The notes beneath the pieces are model-generated. The model was not told where the DNA came from. It searched no databases and was given only the letters and a program-made list of their open reading frames with translations. Shown here piece after piece: positions 63,803 through 64,000 of a stretch of 64,000 nucleotides of DNA. The DNA lies in IMG/VR virus record IMGVR_UViG_3300029171_000002, positions 1 to 64,000 of that record; one strand, 5' to 3'. A program made the position numbers and the translations under genes. The stretch comes from a virus (taxonomy: Duplodnaviria; Caudoviricetes). How positions within the stretch are numbered: position 1 is the stretch's first letter; each line of letters starts with the position of its first letter.

Positions 63803-64000
63803 TTATCCGCAACCCCAGAGGCCAATCGAAACTATTTTTTTGATTGTGCATCCGATGCCATGATGCCCAACGTCCCTCAAATCCTCGTATGCTTTCTGGA
63901 AATTCTCTGCTTTTTGGTTTGAAACTGCAAGCTCCTGTTTAGATAAATCCAGCTTATCCTGCATCAATTTGAGTTCACGGGCATTTAGGTCAGCCTCACG
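63803..64000 (-). CDS. Partial coiled-coil protein, spanin-like C-terminus
   Basis: READLNARELKL...GIGCTIKKIVSIGLWGCG; enters from the right edge. Confidence 0.4.
   Translation of the reverse strand, partial: READLNARELKLMQDKLDLSKQELAVSNQKAENFQKAYEDLRDVGHHGIGCTIKKIVSIGLWGCG

Noticed and set aside
1-64000. Stop-codon reassignment
   Set aside because: Genes pack tightly under the standard bacterial code with all three stops used; no suppressor tRNA

Overview
This window is most of a tailed-phage genome of podovirus-like layout (about 53-55% GC by eye), with no host genes, integrase or CRISPR array visible. A leftward arm (about 50,450 to 1, minus strand) carries small accessory genes, terL, portal, scaffold, major capsid protein, several head-tail adaptor paralogs, a nozzle-like protein, many fibre/adhesion proteins and ejection-like proteins. 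Glycosyltransferases, methyltransferases, a radical SAM enzyme and a 2OG-Fe(II) oxygenase are interspersed among them. A rightward arm (50,575-63,173) carries recombination genes, an RNA ligase with tRNA-Phe, a metallopeptidase, a pol-beta-type nucleotidyltransferase and an ATP-grasp protein. It meets minus-strand lysis-like genes at the right edge. Main observations: (1) ten otherwise unrelated accessory proteins carry an [RK]R[AC]IRGG-type peptide at the extreme N- or C-terminus, written with different synonymous codons, which suggests an undescribed protein-level tag; (2) the capsid gene is split by an 807-nt group I intron (P1, P3, P4, P6, P7, P8, P9 and P10 readable) whose LAGLIDADG ORF has lost both catalytic acids and whose stop codon supplies the terminal G; (3) there is a candidate virion-glycosylation system, including a 904-aa four-domain enzyme. 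All functional calls come from motif recognition by eye; no database searches were run.
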